Origin: an uncultured virus (IMG/VR IMGVR_UViG_3300049445_000078) | Lineage: Duplodnaviria; Heunggongvirae; Uroviricota; Caudoviricetes | DNA length: 20,000 nt | Reading direction: 5' to 3' (one strand) | Virus record (IMG/VR): IMGVR_UViG_3300049445_000078 | Shown: positions 6,671 to 14,522 of the stretch, piece after piece | Layout of the letters: each line of letters begins with the position of its first letter | Numbering within the stretch: the first letter of the stretch is position 1 | The notes under the pieces: generated by a model | The model's input: only the letters and a program-made list of their open reading frames with translations | Database searches by the model: none | Told to the model about the DNA's origin: nothing | Position numbers and translations under genes: made by a program

Positions 6671-7012
6671 CTATGGTAGGGAACAGATAGTAACCACACA
6701 ATCTGTAACCTTGGCCCACTCGACAGACACTCCCCGCATATACTTTTTCTGGTCTCCCTCGATGATTCCGCAGGAAACCAGTAGGTCACAAACCGCCTTA
6801 ATCCGGTTGTCGCAATCCCCGGATCGGGTATCATCAAGTAGGATTTTGAGCTTGAAAGGCCCCTTAATAGGTTGAATCTTATATTGTTTTAACTTCCATC
6901 CAGCCTCGGTTTTCCAAGCTCTATAAAATGTGGATAAGATTCGCCCTTTCCCCCGCTTGTTGAGAAACATCTCGTTCACGGAAGGGGGGAATGGTATTTT
7001 AAGGGTTAGCAA
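6671..7012 (-). CDS. rusA: RusA-family Holliday junction resolvase
   Basis: PFPPSVN...W...GDCDNRIKAVCDLL..CGIIEGD motifs. Confidence 0.88.
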   Translation of the reverse strand: MLTLKIPFPPSVNEMFLNKRGKGRILSTFYRAWKTEAGWKLKQYKIQPIKGPFKLKILLDDTRSGDCDNRIKAVCDLLVSCGIIEGDQKKYMRGVSVEWAKVTDCVVTICSLP

Positions 7013-7442
7013 GGAGGCTGGTCTCTATGGACCGGATGAAGTCAGCGATTTGACCGTTTTGAGCCAAGAGGTTTTCTATTTTCCAAATAGCGTGAAGACA
7101 GGTGGTATGATCTCGGTTCATCCTCGTTCCAATCGTCGTTAAAGTTGTATTGGGAATGATGGTATACATGAAATAGATAGCAATATGCCTTGCCAGAGTG
7201 ACCCTCGGTCTCCGGCTTTTTCCGAGTATATCCTTGATTCCCAAGCGGAAAGCATCGCTTACGGCATTTAGTATTAGGTTACCATTAAGGATTTTGACTG
7301 GTGGTGGGTAGTATTCTTGTACCAGTATCTTTTTCTCCTGGAAGAAGTACCCTCTAGGAAGGCGTTTTAGATCAATACCTATATCGTCAACGGCCTTGGC
7401 TGGGTGGGTGAGGCGACGGTGGATTTCAGCCGCTGTGCTCAT
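6999..7442 (-). CDS. Protein with DnaA C-terminal (domain IV) HTH
   Basis: ILGKSRRPRVTLARHIAIY...IG..MNRDHTTCLHA matches the DnaA domain IV signature; no AAA+ domain. Confidence 0.88.
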   Translation of the reverse strand: MSTAAEIHRRLTHPAKAVDDIGIDLKRLPRGYFFQEKKILVQEYYPPPVKILNGNLILNAVSDAFRLGIKDILGKSRRPRVTLARHIAIYFMYTIIPNTTLTTIGTRMNRDHTTCLHAIWKIENLLAQNGQIADFIRSIETSLLANP

Positions 7443-7444
7443 CG

Positions 7445-7858
7445 CTAGACCCTATAATTGAGGTATTGATTGCAATGGTGGGGGCACCAGGACTGCCCCT
7501 CATGCACTGGAAGTCCGCAGTAACGGACGAGTGAGTAGCGGTCGTCATCCCGGCCTATGACGGCATGGCACTCGTAGGTCCCGATTTTCATGAAGCTGAC
7601 GCCCGAGCTAGTGAATGTGATAGGGGGAACATCCATCGGCGGCTTGATCTCCGCCTTGATCTTAGTCACGGGCTTGCGCGGTTGCCGCCCCTTCTTCTCC
7701 CGCAGGCTCCAAGGATGCTTAGGGAGGCCCAGACGGTTAGCCATGCCCAAGACCGAATTCTTGGTGCGGCCAACGGTGACCCCTATCTCCTTGGCGTGGA
7801 TGCCGTCCGCCCACATAAGCTTGAGGGTGTCCTTGCTCTCCTCGTTCCATTCATTCAT
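7445..7858 (-). CDS. gcrA: GcrA-family cell-cycle regulator homologue
   Basis: W.EE....LK.MWADG..A.EIG....RTKNSVLGMANRLGL N-domain and C..VIG...YCG.P...GQSWCP.H C-domain; ATGA overlap with cro. Confidence 0.88.
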   Translation of the reverse strand: MNEWNEESKDTLKLMWADGIHAKEIGVTVGRTKNSVLGMANRLGLPKHPWSLREKKGRQPRKPVTKIKAEIKPPMDVPPITFTSSGVSFMKIGTYECHAVIGRDDDRYSLVRYCGLPVHEGQSWCPHHCNQYLNYRV

Positions 7859-8040
7859 AGGAACCAATCCCTAATTTTGACTTTTCCACAGGTTTTCTTC
7901 TCAATCTTCTTCAGCATCCGAGGGCGCGGTATCCGCGTACCTTGTCGCCATTTACTTATGGCTGACTGAGATGCGCCGATAGTCTTGGCAAATCTTCGTG
8001 TCGTTATTTTGTTGGCCGACAGCCATTCGCTGATTTTCAT
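7855..8040 (-). CDS. Cro/YdaS-like HTH regulator (61 aa)
   Basis: FAKTIGASQSAISKWRQGTRIPR...IEKKTCGKV..DW; first gene of the leftward operon. Confidence 0.85.
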   Translation of the reverse strand: MKISEWLSANKITTRRFAKTIGASQSAISKWRQGTRIPRPRMLKKIEKKTCGKVKIRDWFL

Positions 8041-8099
8041 GAAAATTTGTATACACCCAAATTGTGCTATTGACAAGGAGGCACAGATTGGGCTATGAA
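8041..8099. promoter_or_regulatory. Back-to-back promoters with overlapping -35 boxes and an inverted operator pair
   Basis: Minus: TTGTCA(8076-8071)-17-TATACA(8053-8048)-7-ATG (leaderless cro). Plus: TTGACA(8070-8075)-18-TATGAA. Inverted repeat CCCAAATTGTGC (8056-8067) / GCACAGATTGGG (8081-8092), 10/12 match. Confidence 0.7.
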
Positions 8100-8124
8100 C
8101 AACGTTGGAACAAAGAGAGTGGTT

Positions 8125-8319
8125 ATGGAGATAGATAGCCTAAGATATATTTACGGAGAGGATGTCACAGCAAATGGTGACGGAACTTTCACCTTAAGTC
8201 TGTCTCCATGGTGTGAGAGACCCATGTGCGGTTTTGTGTCTGAAGAGTTTGCACTTTTGGCCGCTGAAATAGTGCATGAAGCAATGCGGGAATATTGCAG
8301 TGGCATGTATGAAGATTAA
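8125..8319 (+). CDS. Small acidic hypothetical early protein
   Basis: First ORF of the rightward operon; start at 8125 or 8095. Confidence 0.6.
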   Translation: MEIDSLRYIYGEDVTANGDGTFTLSLSPWCERPMCGFVSEEFALLAAEIVHEAMREYCSGMYED

Positions 8320-8331
8320 AGGAACGGACAA

Positions 8332-8610
8332 GTGATAGCCGCCGAAGACGTTGATCATTATTGCCACATGATCGCCAGTCATGTCTGGAGTCTGCACGGT
8401 GTTCTCAGTGACGAGGCTTATGGTTATCTCCCGCGTTTGGAGACAATCATTAACGAGGGCGGCTTTGCTGCGCCGGAAACGGAAGAGATTAACGGATTGA
8501 GGAATGCAGCGGTGGAACTTCGCAAGATGGCAGACAGAATTGATGCTTTGAAAGTTCGGCTCATATTGAATGAGAGAGTGGTTCGCCCTGAAATCATCCG
8601 GAGCCAATAG
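8332..8610 (+). CDS. Hypothetical protein whose 3' end appears replaced by the 8582-9437 insert
   Basis: AAAGGA RBS, GTG start; removing the insert gives the C-terminus ...NERVVRRALQSAT* ending at 9460. Confidence 0.65.
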   Translation: MIAAEDVDHYCHMIASHVWSLHGVLSDEAYGYLPRLETIINEGGFAAPETEEINGLRNAAVELRKMADRIDALKVRLILNERVVRPEIIRSQ

Positions 8611-8959
8611 GCCGGAAGGTCGCGCCTATTGCGCCGCCTTCAATGGCTGGCTTCAAACCCACCATTTCGACATCGAAAAAACAGTCCGTTCTGCGGCGCT
8701 CGATTTAATTGAGAACCTGCCTGCCATCGAGCAATGGCGATCAACGCTGCCGGAGCGCCAGCGTCGAAGGCTAGTTCACCCGCTCAGCGTGACCCGCCGT
8801 TGGCGAACGGCAACAGCGCCGAAAGCAACACCCGATGCCGTGGCAACCGCTGAGGCCGCATGGCGGCGCTTTGTTGCTTGTATGAATTCGCTACCGCCCG
8901 ATCAGGCCGCGCCATTCTGGAAGGCGGCACAGGCGCAAGCGGCTGCCGCTCTAGCGTGA
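8570..8959 (+). CDS. Helical hypothetical protein (GANRPEGRAY...WRSTLPERQRRRLVHPLSV), N-terminus spans the insert junction
   Basis: Long GC-rich ORF. It resembles, from memory, a Rhizobiales hypothetical family; function unknown. Confidence 0.6.
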   Translation: MREWFALKSSGANRPEGRAYCAAFNGWLQTHHFDIEKTVRSAALDLIENLPAIEQWRSTLPERQRRRLVHPLSVTRRWRTATAPKATPDAVATAEAAWRRFVACMNSLPPDQAAPFWKAAQAQAAAALA

Positions 8960-9037
8960 GTCCGATACAAGCCAAAATAGGTCACAAGAAAAATCAAAGT
9001 GAGCCACCGTGGAAAGAGCGGCCTAAGTTATCAACCC

Positions 9038-9050
9038 AATCAATGGCTTG
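9038..9050 (+). promoter_or_regulatory. IHF-binding consensus site
   Basis: AATCAATGGCTTG matches WATCAANNNNTTR exactly, in the only intergenic gap of the insert. Confidence 0.45.
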
Positions 9051-9120
9051 ATATAACCCCTTGCTTTGGAACGAGATTTCGTTCTACACGTTATTAATTC
9101 GTTTACAAACGGGGCAGAAA

Positions 9121-9417
9121 ATGGACGCCGTGAGAGACGGACACCCGATGATAGTAACTGTCCAGCACGCTTTTGCGAATGGCTGGCACGAATTTACTTG
9201 TCCGCAGGTGCCGGGTTTTTGCGTTCTCTCGGAAGCATCCGATCTTGAGTCCGCATATGATCAGGTGCCAACAGCACTCGGCGAGATCGTGGAAGGTGAC
9301 GAAGGTTTTCCCGTCACTGTCACGCTAGAAGACACATATTCGGAATATGTGGCCAAGCTGCCTGAGGGCATGCGGCCGCCCGCAGAGCGGCACTATTCGA
9401 TCAAAAAAGCCGCTTGA
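9121..9417 (+). CDS. HicB-like antitoxin-fold protein (98 aa)
   Basis: WHEFTCPQVPGFCVLSEASDLESAYDQVPTAL aligns to the HicB pattern Y.a.cPdlPG....g.tleeA......al. Confidence 0.6.
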   Translation: MDAVRDGHPMIVTVQHAFANGWHEFTCPQVPGFCVLSEASDLESAYDQVPTALGEIVEGDEGFPVTVTLEDTYSEYVAKLPEGMRPPAERHYSIKKAA

Positions 9418-9426
9418 TCTCGGCGG

Positions 9427-10059
9427 ATGATTTCGCCGCGCTCTCCAATCAGCGACCTAAGAGCGTGTGAGGCATCTCGTTTATGGCGAGCAAATCATTT
9501 AGAACAATGCCGTACTGATGACCGGAAGCGATATTATAAACATCGAGATAAAAATAGGACCCGCATTAATGAATTGTCCCGTGCGCGGTATCATAAAAAT
9601 AAAGACAGACTAAGAGACCATAAAAACGAGGTAAAGTGTAAGTGGAGAGCAAAAAACCCATGTCTCGTTCGCGAGTATTGGAAAAGATATAAAGCAAAAC
9701 ATAAGAAAGAAATAAACGACCGACAGAAGATATGGAGACAAAAAAACGCAGAGCGAGAACGACAGCGCGCACGAGAATATTATGCAAAAAACCCAGAGGA
9801 GTTTCGTAGGCGTGGACGTGATGCGGCGCGCAAGCGAAGAAAAGAAAAGCCAGAACACCATCGAATGGTTAGACAAATATGGGCAGAAAAAAATGCACCA
9901 AGAATTAGATTCTTAGCTCGTGAACGACGCAGAAAAAACAGAATCAGAATACGAAATATGGATAGCACGAGATACAAAATAGCAAGGATGGCTCTTTCTT
10001 TATGCGAAGAGCTTAATCTTCTTGATAAAATCAAGCAGGAGATATCACATGAGGCATGA
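9427..10059 (+). CDS. Highly basic Arg/Lys-rich repeat protein
   Basis: Repeated [W/Y]xxKNxE units about every 15 aa; no nuclease motif; start codon uncertain. Confidence 0.7.
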   Translation: MISPRSPISDLRACEASRLWRANHLEQCRTDDRKRYYKHRDKNRTRINELSRARYHKNKDRLRDHKNEVKCKWRAKNPCLVREYWKRYKAKHKKEINDRQKIWRQKNAERERQRAREYYAKNPEEFRRRGRDAARKRRKEKPEHHRMVRQIWAEKNAPRIRFLARERRRKNRIRIRNMDSTRYKIARMALSLCEELNLLDKIKQEISHEA

Positions 10060-10561
10060 CACTTACGAATCAATCCATGATCTACTCAAGCAGATCATCG
10101 TTGATGATGCTTCTGTATCTGAAGCGTCAGCTAAGGAACAGTTGTGGGAGCAGATTAGGGACTCTCAAGGAATATTCCGGCTTCTATTTGACAACTGGTT
10201 CAATGCCAATTGGTTTCGCTATGAGCCGGAGGTGAAGGAAATCATCACTGAGATTCCTGGTAAGCCTCCTGTCATCGGGCACTCCGTAACAGTTATGAGG
10301 AAGCGTCAAGGCTCGACGCGAGAAACCAAGTTCAAGCGCAAAATCGTCGCTAAGAAAATCATCATGGAAAAAACTCACGTTATCCTGATGAGTTTACCGA
10401 TGCCAAATGGCAAGCAACTACGAGACTGCACAGGGGCGGAATGTATCAAGTTCGGTGGTTGGTTTGCATCAATCGGTAAAAACATCAAGGCTTCAGAGAA
10501 GGTTGGTAAGCAGCTAACAGAAACCGACTTGCAGAATCTCTATATGAGAAATGCCGCTTAG
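10049..10561 (+). CDS. Conserved-looking phage hypothetical protein (170 aa)
   Basis: AGGAG RBS at ATG 10049; MPNGKQLRDCTGAECIKFGGWF block. Confidence 0.75.
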   Translation: MRHDTYESIHDLLKQIIVDDASVSEASAKEQLWEQIRDSQGIFRLLFDNWFNANWFRYEPEVKEIITEIPGKPPVIGHSVTVMRKRQGSTRETKFKRKIVAKKIIMEKTHVILMSLPMPNGKQLRDCTGAECIKFGGWFASIGKNIKASEKVGKQLTETDLQNLYMRNAA

Positions 10562-10573
10562 GGAGAAATAAAG

Positions 10574-10990
10574 ATGAACTTGGGTGGGTATTATGGAATG
10601 GGTGGAATGGTTGTGAGCCCAGAAGTACAGCTTCTAAAGCAAGAGATTGCCAACTTAAAGCATGATCTCATTCGGCACATGGATGCTCTTAATATTTATA
10701 TAGGTGATAAGCAGTTTAAGATAAATATTAGTGACCAATGGAAACCGATAGAGAGTGCGCCAAAGGATGGGACAGTAGTTCTCCTTTTCCTTCCTGATTG
10801 CAATAGGAAAATAAACATTGGCCAGTTTCGCGATACAGGCGATGTTGAGTATGGAAAAGTTATCCGCGAAAGAAAATATTGGATGGTAGACGGATGGTTT
10901 ACGGTCGGGGCTGATCCTGTTCCAACACATTGGATGCCATTACCGGAACCACCGAAGGAGAAAGAAGATGAATCGACGCAATCTCTTTAA
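10574..10990 (+). CDS. DUF551-domain phage protein
   Basis: WKPIESAPKDGT.VLL...PTHWMPLPEPP. Confidence 0.85.
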   Translation: MNLGGYYGMGGMVVSPEVQLLKQEIANLKHDLIRHMDALNIYIGDKQFKINISDQWKPIESAPKDGTVVLLFLPDCNRKINIGQFRDTGDVEYGKVIRERKYWMVDGWFTVGADPVPTHWMPLPEPPKEKEDESTQSL

Positions 10991-11315
10991 GTTTCTTGGC
11001 TCTCTGCCGTTGCTTGGATTGGTGGGGATTGAGGCAAAATCTCATCCATTATTATTGGAAGGCGTTATCAAATATCAGAGAGCCAAATATCGATGGATAG
11101 CCCCCGGTTCTCTTAGGGATGCAGTAGAAAGTGGCATCTATAAGAATTTTCCTGGATTTCCGCGAGATGACCGATACGTGGTGGCTTGTCCAACCACTGA
11201 CGGCAAAACAGCGTGGTATTGCAGAGATAATGAAAAGGCTTGGTGGATTGATGAATCGGATGATTCCATAACAATAGAGTTTGTTAAGGATGAGAAAAAT
11301 GACCATAAAAGATAG
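10968..11315 (+). CDS. Hypothetical protein with twin-arginine-like N-terminus (115 aa)
   Basis: AAGGAG RBS, MNRRNLFKFLGSLPLLGLVG. Confidence 0.7.
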   Translation: MNRRNLFKFLGSLPLLGLVGIEAKSHPLLLEGVIKYQRAKYRWIAPGSLRDAVESGIYKNFPGFPRDDRYVVACPTTDGKTAWYCRDNEKAWWIDESDDSITIEFVKDEKNDHKR

Positions 11316-11475
11316 ATTCTATTTCAATGAAGACCTGACCGATTTGCCTCGCAAGCCAAAATACAGATGGAGTGAGAAGAAGGAAATTGACGGTATTGAC
11401 GGAGATATTTGGATTGATGACGCCACAGGAGAAAAATATTGGTTCCAGAATATCTTTCAGAGCAAGCCTCAATGA
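11299..11475 (+). CDS. Small hypothetical protein (58 aa)
   Basis: ATG 11299; ATGA overlap with the next gene. Confidence 0.55.
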   Translation: MTIKDRFYFNEDLTDLPRKPKYRWSEKKEIDGIDGDIWIDDATGEKYWFQNIFQSKPQ

Positions 11476-12215
11476 CTGAAAGGTATGAGATTGGTGGAAA
11501 CCTACCCCCGTCAATGTCGGTCACAGCCGGAGAGGTCATGCGCGATCTCTCTAGCTGGATGGCTGAGCACCCGATCATAGCGACTGATGAAGAAGCGAGA
11601 GAGAGCAAGGTCTATCTCGACCGCGCCAAACTCTGCATAGCCGACCTAGAGGATGAGCGAGAGAAACTTGTCCGTCCGTTAAACGCGGAAGTCCAAAGAA
11701 TTAATGATGTCTACCGAAGTCCCCGAACTCTTTTAGAGCGAGTGCTCAATGAACTCAAAAACCGAGTCTCAGCGTTCATCCGGCAAGAGGAAGAAAAGAG
11801 ACAAAGGATTGCGGAGGAGGCAAGACGAAAAGCTGAGGCTGCTGAGCTTGCTGCTAGGGAAGCTGAGCGAGTGGAACAGGAACGGATTGCCAACATTTCT
11901 TCTGGCGAACTTGGCGTCGATGTCGCTGCGGCAATTGAGGACGCTGACAAAGCATTTAATGATTACAAGCGTGCCGAAAGGCAGGCGGCGCTCGCGGAAC
12001 GGGAAACCAAGGTAAAGATAGCCGGTGGGTTCGGGAGGGCTATTAGCAACAGGAATAAGGAAACTCTGATAGTTAAGGATGCCGTCAAGGCTGTTACGGC
12101 TATGGCTGACAATGAAGGAATTCATGAGGCAATCATCAAGGCAGCAAGATCGTATCGGTCGCTGCGTAATCAACTGCCTCCAGGCGTAATCTCTGAAACT
12201 GAAAGGAAACTATAA
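11472..12215 (+). CDS. Long coiled-coil phage protein (Gam/Gp157-like architecture, tentative)
   Basis: IGGNLPP N-motif, long charged coiled coil, C-terminal LPPGVI.E; lies in the recombination module. Confidence 0.65.
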   Translation: MTERYEIGGNLPPSMSVTAGEVMRDLSSWMAEHPIIATDEEARESKVYLDRAKLCIADLEDEREKLVRPLNAEVQRINDVYRSPRTLLERVLNELKNRVSAFIRQEEEKRQRIAEEARRKAEAAELAAREAERVEQERIANISSGELGVDVAAAIEDADKAFNDYKRAERQAALAERETKVKIAGGFGRAISNRNKETLIVKDAVKAVTAMADNEGIHEAIIKAARSYRSLRNQLPPGVISETERKL

Positions 12216-12688
12216 TGCCAGAGCAAATCACGGTAGCCAAGGTTGAGCCACCTGCCCCTAATCGCAAGCAGGGAACCATCCACGATACGAAGGGTGCGAG
12301 ATGGAAGGTATGGGCCGATAAGATTCCCAACTACTCTGTAGGTAGCACCTACGAAATCACTTTCAAGACCAATCAATTCAACAATCAGACCTTCAACGTC
12401 ATTGACAGCGCCAAGCCTCTCTCGACTGCCTCACCGCAACAGGCACAAGCCGCTGCCGCAACCTATACTCAGGCCGACGATAAGAAGTCCGAGCAGATTG
12501 CCATTCTTGCTCTTGTTAAGCCGTGGATTGAGAAGATTCCGGTAGGAGATGCTGCGGCTATGGAACATGCCATTCGTGCGGCTAGAACCGCGTGGAGGCA
12601 GGCGTGGAAAAGCCGAGTGGAGTCTAGTCGTCCGCCGCTAGACGATATGGACGGAGACATCATCCCCGACTTCCCAGGAGATCGGTAA
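12215..12688 (+). CDS. Putative single-stranded DNA-binding protein
   Basis: Beta-rich OB-like N-terminus, Q/A linker, acidic tail DDMDGDIIPDF. Confidence 0.55.
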   Translation: MPEQITVAKVEPPAPNRKQGTIHDTKGARWKVWADKIPNYSVGSTYEITFKTNQFNNQTFNVIDSAKPLSTASPQQAQAAAATYTQADDKKSEQIAILALVKPWIEKIPVGDAAAMEHAIRAARTAWRQAWKSRVESSRPPLDDMDGDIIPDFPGDR

Positions 12689-13017
12689 TGGATAATATGT
12701 CCTGGGCCGATAAATATAGAGTCGCTGGGGAAACGTGGTGTGACGCGGAAGCCGCTGCGTCATTGCTCGAAGACATGAAAAGTGTCGTCATGGCTCAGAA
12801 GCAAACTGAGTTGGGCGAGCTGCCCGTGAATAGAGCCGAACAAACCGTAAAGGCTAGTCCGTTTTGGGAGGACTACGTTCGTTCCTGTATTACCGCTCGC
12901 AAGGAAGCCAATCTCGCAAAGGTGAAGGTTGAGGAAATCAGGATTGGCTTTTCAGAATGGCAAAGCTCTCAAGCCAATGAGCGGGCTGAGTTCAGAATGA
13001 CGATGGGAGGGGGGTGA
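12688..13017 (+). CDS. Helical protein, possibly a UvsY-like recombination mediator
   Basis: All-helical 109 aa with AE..VKAS..W..Y and W.S.QANER pattern, next to the SSB-like gene. Confidence 0.45.
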   Translation: MDNMSWADKYRVAGETWCDAEAAASLLEDMKSVVMAQKQTELGELPVNRAEQTVKASPFWEDYVRSCITARKEANLAKVKVEEIRIGFSEWQSSQANERAEFRMTMGGG

Positions 13018-13268
13018 TGCTTTGTCCGTACTGTCGCGCCCCAATCAACCGTAAGATAGAATTCATCCTTATGGTCCCGCGTCATAAGAAGATTGTCGAT
13101 GCCGTTATAGAAGCTGGTCCGGAAGGAATAGAGAGGAAGGAGTTCGAGAAGCAATTCTTCAAGCCCAATCGTTCTCCAACCACAGTGAGAACAACACTCA
13201 ATCGGTTGAATAGCAAGATAAAGCCCTTGAAGTTTTCAACGAGGAACGGCAGGGTAAGGATTGTTTAG
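13014..13268 (+). CDS. CxxC plus winged-helix DNA-binding protein
   Basis: CPYC N-terminus; TTVRTTLNRLNSKIKP recognition helix and terminal beta-wing. Confidence 0.65.
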   Translation: MMLCPYCRAPINRKIEFILMVPRHKKIVDAVIEAGPEGIERKEFEKQFFKPNRSPTTVRTTLNRLNSKIKPLKFSTRNGRVRIV

Positions 13269-13721
13269 TTAATGCTTAAAGGCTACTACGATGCCGATGG
13301 CATAGGAGATTGTCATGACGACGCCGACAATTATTGATCCTATGAGAGCTAGGCCCCTTGTCTTAGTCTGCGCCTCCGTTTCAATTCTTGAAACTCTATT
13401 GGAAATTCCATCAATCTTGTCTTTTAGACTCGTATAAGTGGCTTCATATTCTTTTCGTGATAAGAAATCAGTAGCTTGATCCGATAGCGTTTTTCTGAAT
13501 TCATTAACCCCTTCAAATCTTCGTTCGGTAGCAATTTCTGCCTTGGTAACGGCTTCCTTGGAGGTAGCGAGTGCTGACTTAACGGCTTCATCTTGCGCTA
13601 TTGCACGTTGATTATAGCGCTTATCGCGCTCGTCCATAAGCTGTTCAAATGCAGCGAGTTTGGCCTCCAGCGCGGTTTCGCGGGTGACCAATTCTCCATG
13701 TGAGCATCCATCCTTAGTCAT
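13269..13721 (-). CDS. Coiled-coil protein with C-terminal TM helix (lysis module)
   Basis: Long coiled coil then GLALIGSIIVGVVMTISYAIGIVVAF. Confidence 0.75.
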   Translation of the reverse strand: MTKDGCSHGELVTRETALEAKLAAFEQLMDERDKRYNQRAIAQDEAVKSALATSKEAVTKAEIATERRFEGVNEFRKTLSDQATDFLSRKEYEATYTSLKDKIDGISNRVSRIETEAQTKTRGLALIGSIIVGVVMTISYAIGIVVAFKH

Positions 13722-13988
13722 TTATCCCAACAAATCCTTGTCTGTAGCATCTGCGAAGTTGATCTTGACACTCCCGTTCAATCGAAGTGCCCATCTTTCT
13801 AGGAACATGACGCGCTTTCTGAGAATATCATGCTCGGTTGACCACTGGTCCTCAGTGACGTGACCATTTATTTGTCGTTCTAGCTGAGTGAACTTATTGG
13901 AGAGCCAGAACACAGAACTGATGAGTGCAACACTCCAAGTTAGAAACAGCCCCATAGCCGTGACGATAACCGTACCGTCGATTCCCAT
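13722..13988 (-). CDS. Single-pass membrane protein (lysis module)
   Basis: N-terminal TM VIVTAMGLFLTWSVALISSVFWL. Confidence 0.7.
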   Translation of the reverse strand: MGIDGTVIVTAMGLFLTWSVALISSVFWLSNKFTQLERQINGHVTEDQWSTEHDILRKRVMFLERWALRLNGSVKINFADATDKDLLG

Positions 13989-14016
13989 TTTATGTTCCTG
14001 CCTTGGTTTAACAGAG

Positions 14017-14511
14017 TCATTGGTTTCCCTTTACCGTCTTCAGCGTCTTTAGTTGAGATTCCAGTCTTGACTTGGTATCTTGCTCATCCTGTAGAGATTT
14101 AGCGATCAGTTGTTTCTCAAGAGGCGTTGTCGCCTTGCCTAGCTCGAATTGCCACTTGGCGATATTGTTGTTGCTGGCCGTCAGTTTGCCGTTGGCAATA
14201 TCAATCTGGACATCACGCAAGATACCTTGGTTCTCCGAGCCGATAGAACCAACCTTGGCATCCACCGCACCAACCTTTGCATCCACTACTCCTACTTTCT
14301 TATCAAGAACACCGATCTGGTAATAGACAAAAGGGTGGGTTGCGAGTTGCCAAGTATCGGTTGCTTCATTCAGCCAATCTATGCCTTTCACGGCAGGGTA
14401 GATTGCACCGAAGAATACAAGGACGGCGGTTGCCGCCTTGATCGGATTGTGTTTGATGGCTGCAACGGTCTTGCCGTACAGCGTTCTAGGGCGCGGACGG
14501 CGGCGCGGCAT
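14017..14511 (-). CDS. N-anchored membrane coiled-coil protein (i-spanin-like topology)
   Basis: Basic N-terminus, one TM, long coiled coil. Confidence 0.65.
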   Translation of the reverse strand: MPRRRPRPRTLYGKTVAAIKHNPIKAATAVLVFFGAIYPAVKGIDWLNEATDTWQLATHPFVYYQIGVLDKKVGVVDAKVGAVDAKVGSIGSENQGILRDVQIDIANGKLTASNNNIAKWQFELGKATTPLEKQLIAKSLQDEQDTKSRLESQLKTLKTVKGNQ

Positions 14512-14522
14512 TTCATTCCCCC

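Larger units (their letters stand above)
8582..9437. mobile_element. Putative non-autonomous integrated mini-element (850 bp)
   Basis: TTCGCC direct repeat (8582-8587, 9432-9437); perfect 11-bp inverted repeat GAAATCATCCG (8590-8600) / CGGATGATTTC (9424-9434); palindromic empty site; no recombinase inside. Confidence 0.55.

Noticed and set aside
6451..6875. ORFs 6451-6837(-), 6472-6690(+) and 6651-6875(+)
   Set aside because: No SD, no recognisable motifs, and they overlap rusA and the structured region; better explained as non-coding.
14251..14300. 21-bp-period tandem similarity (KVGVVDA-KVGAVDA-KVG)
   Set aside because: Ordinary heptad duplication within a coiled coil.
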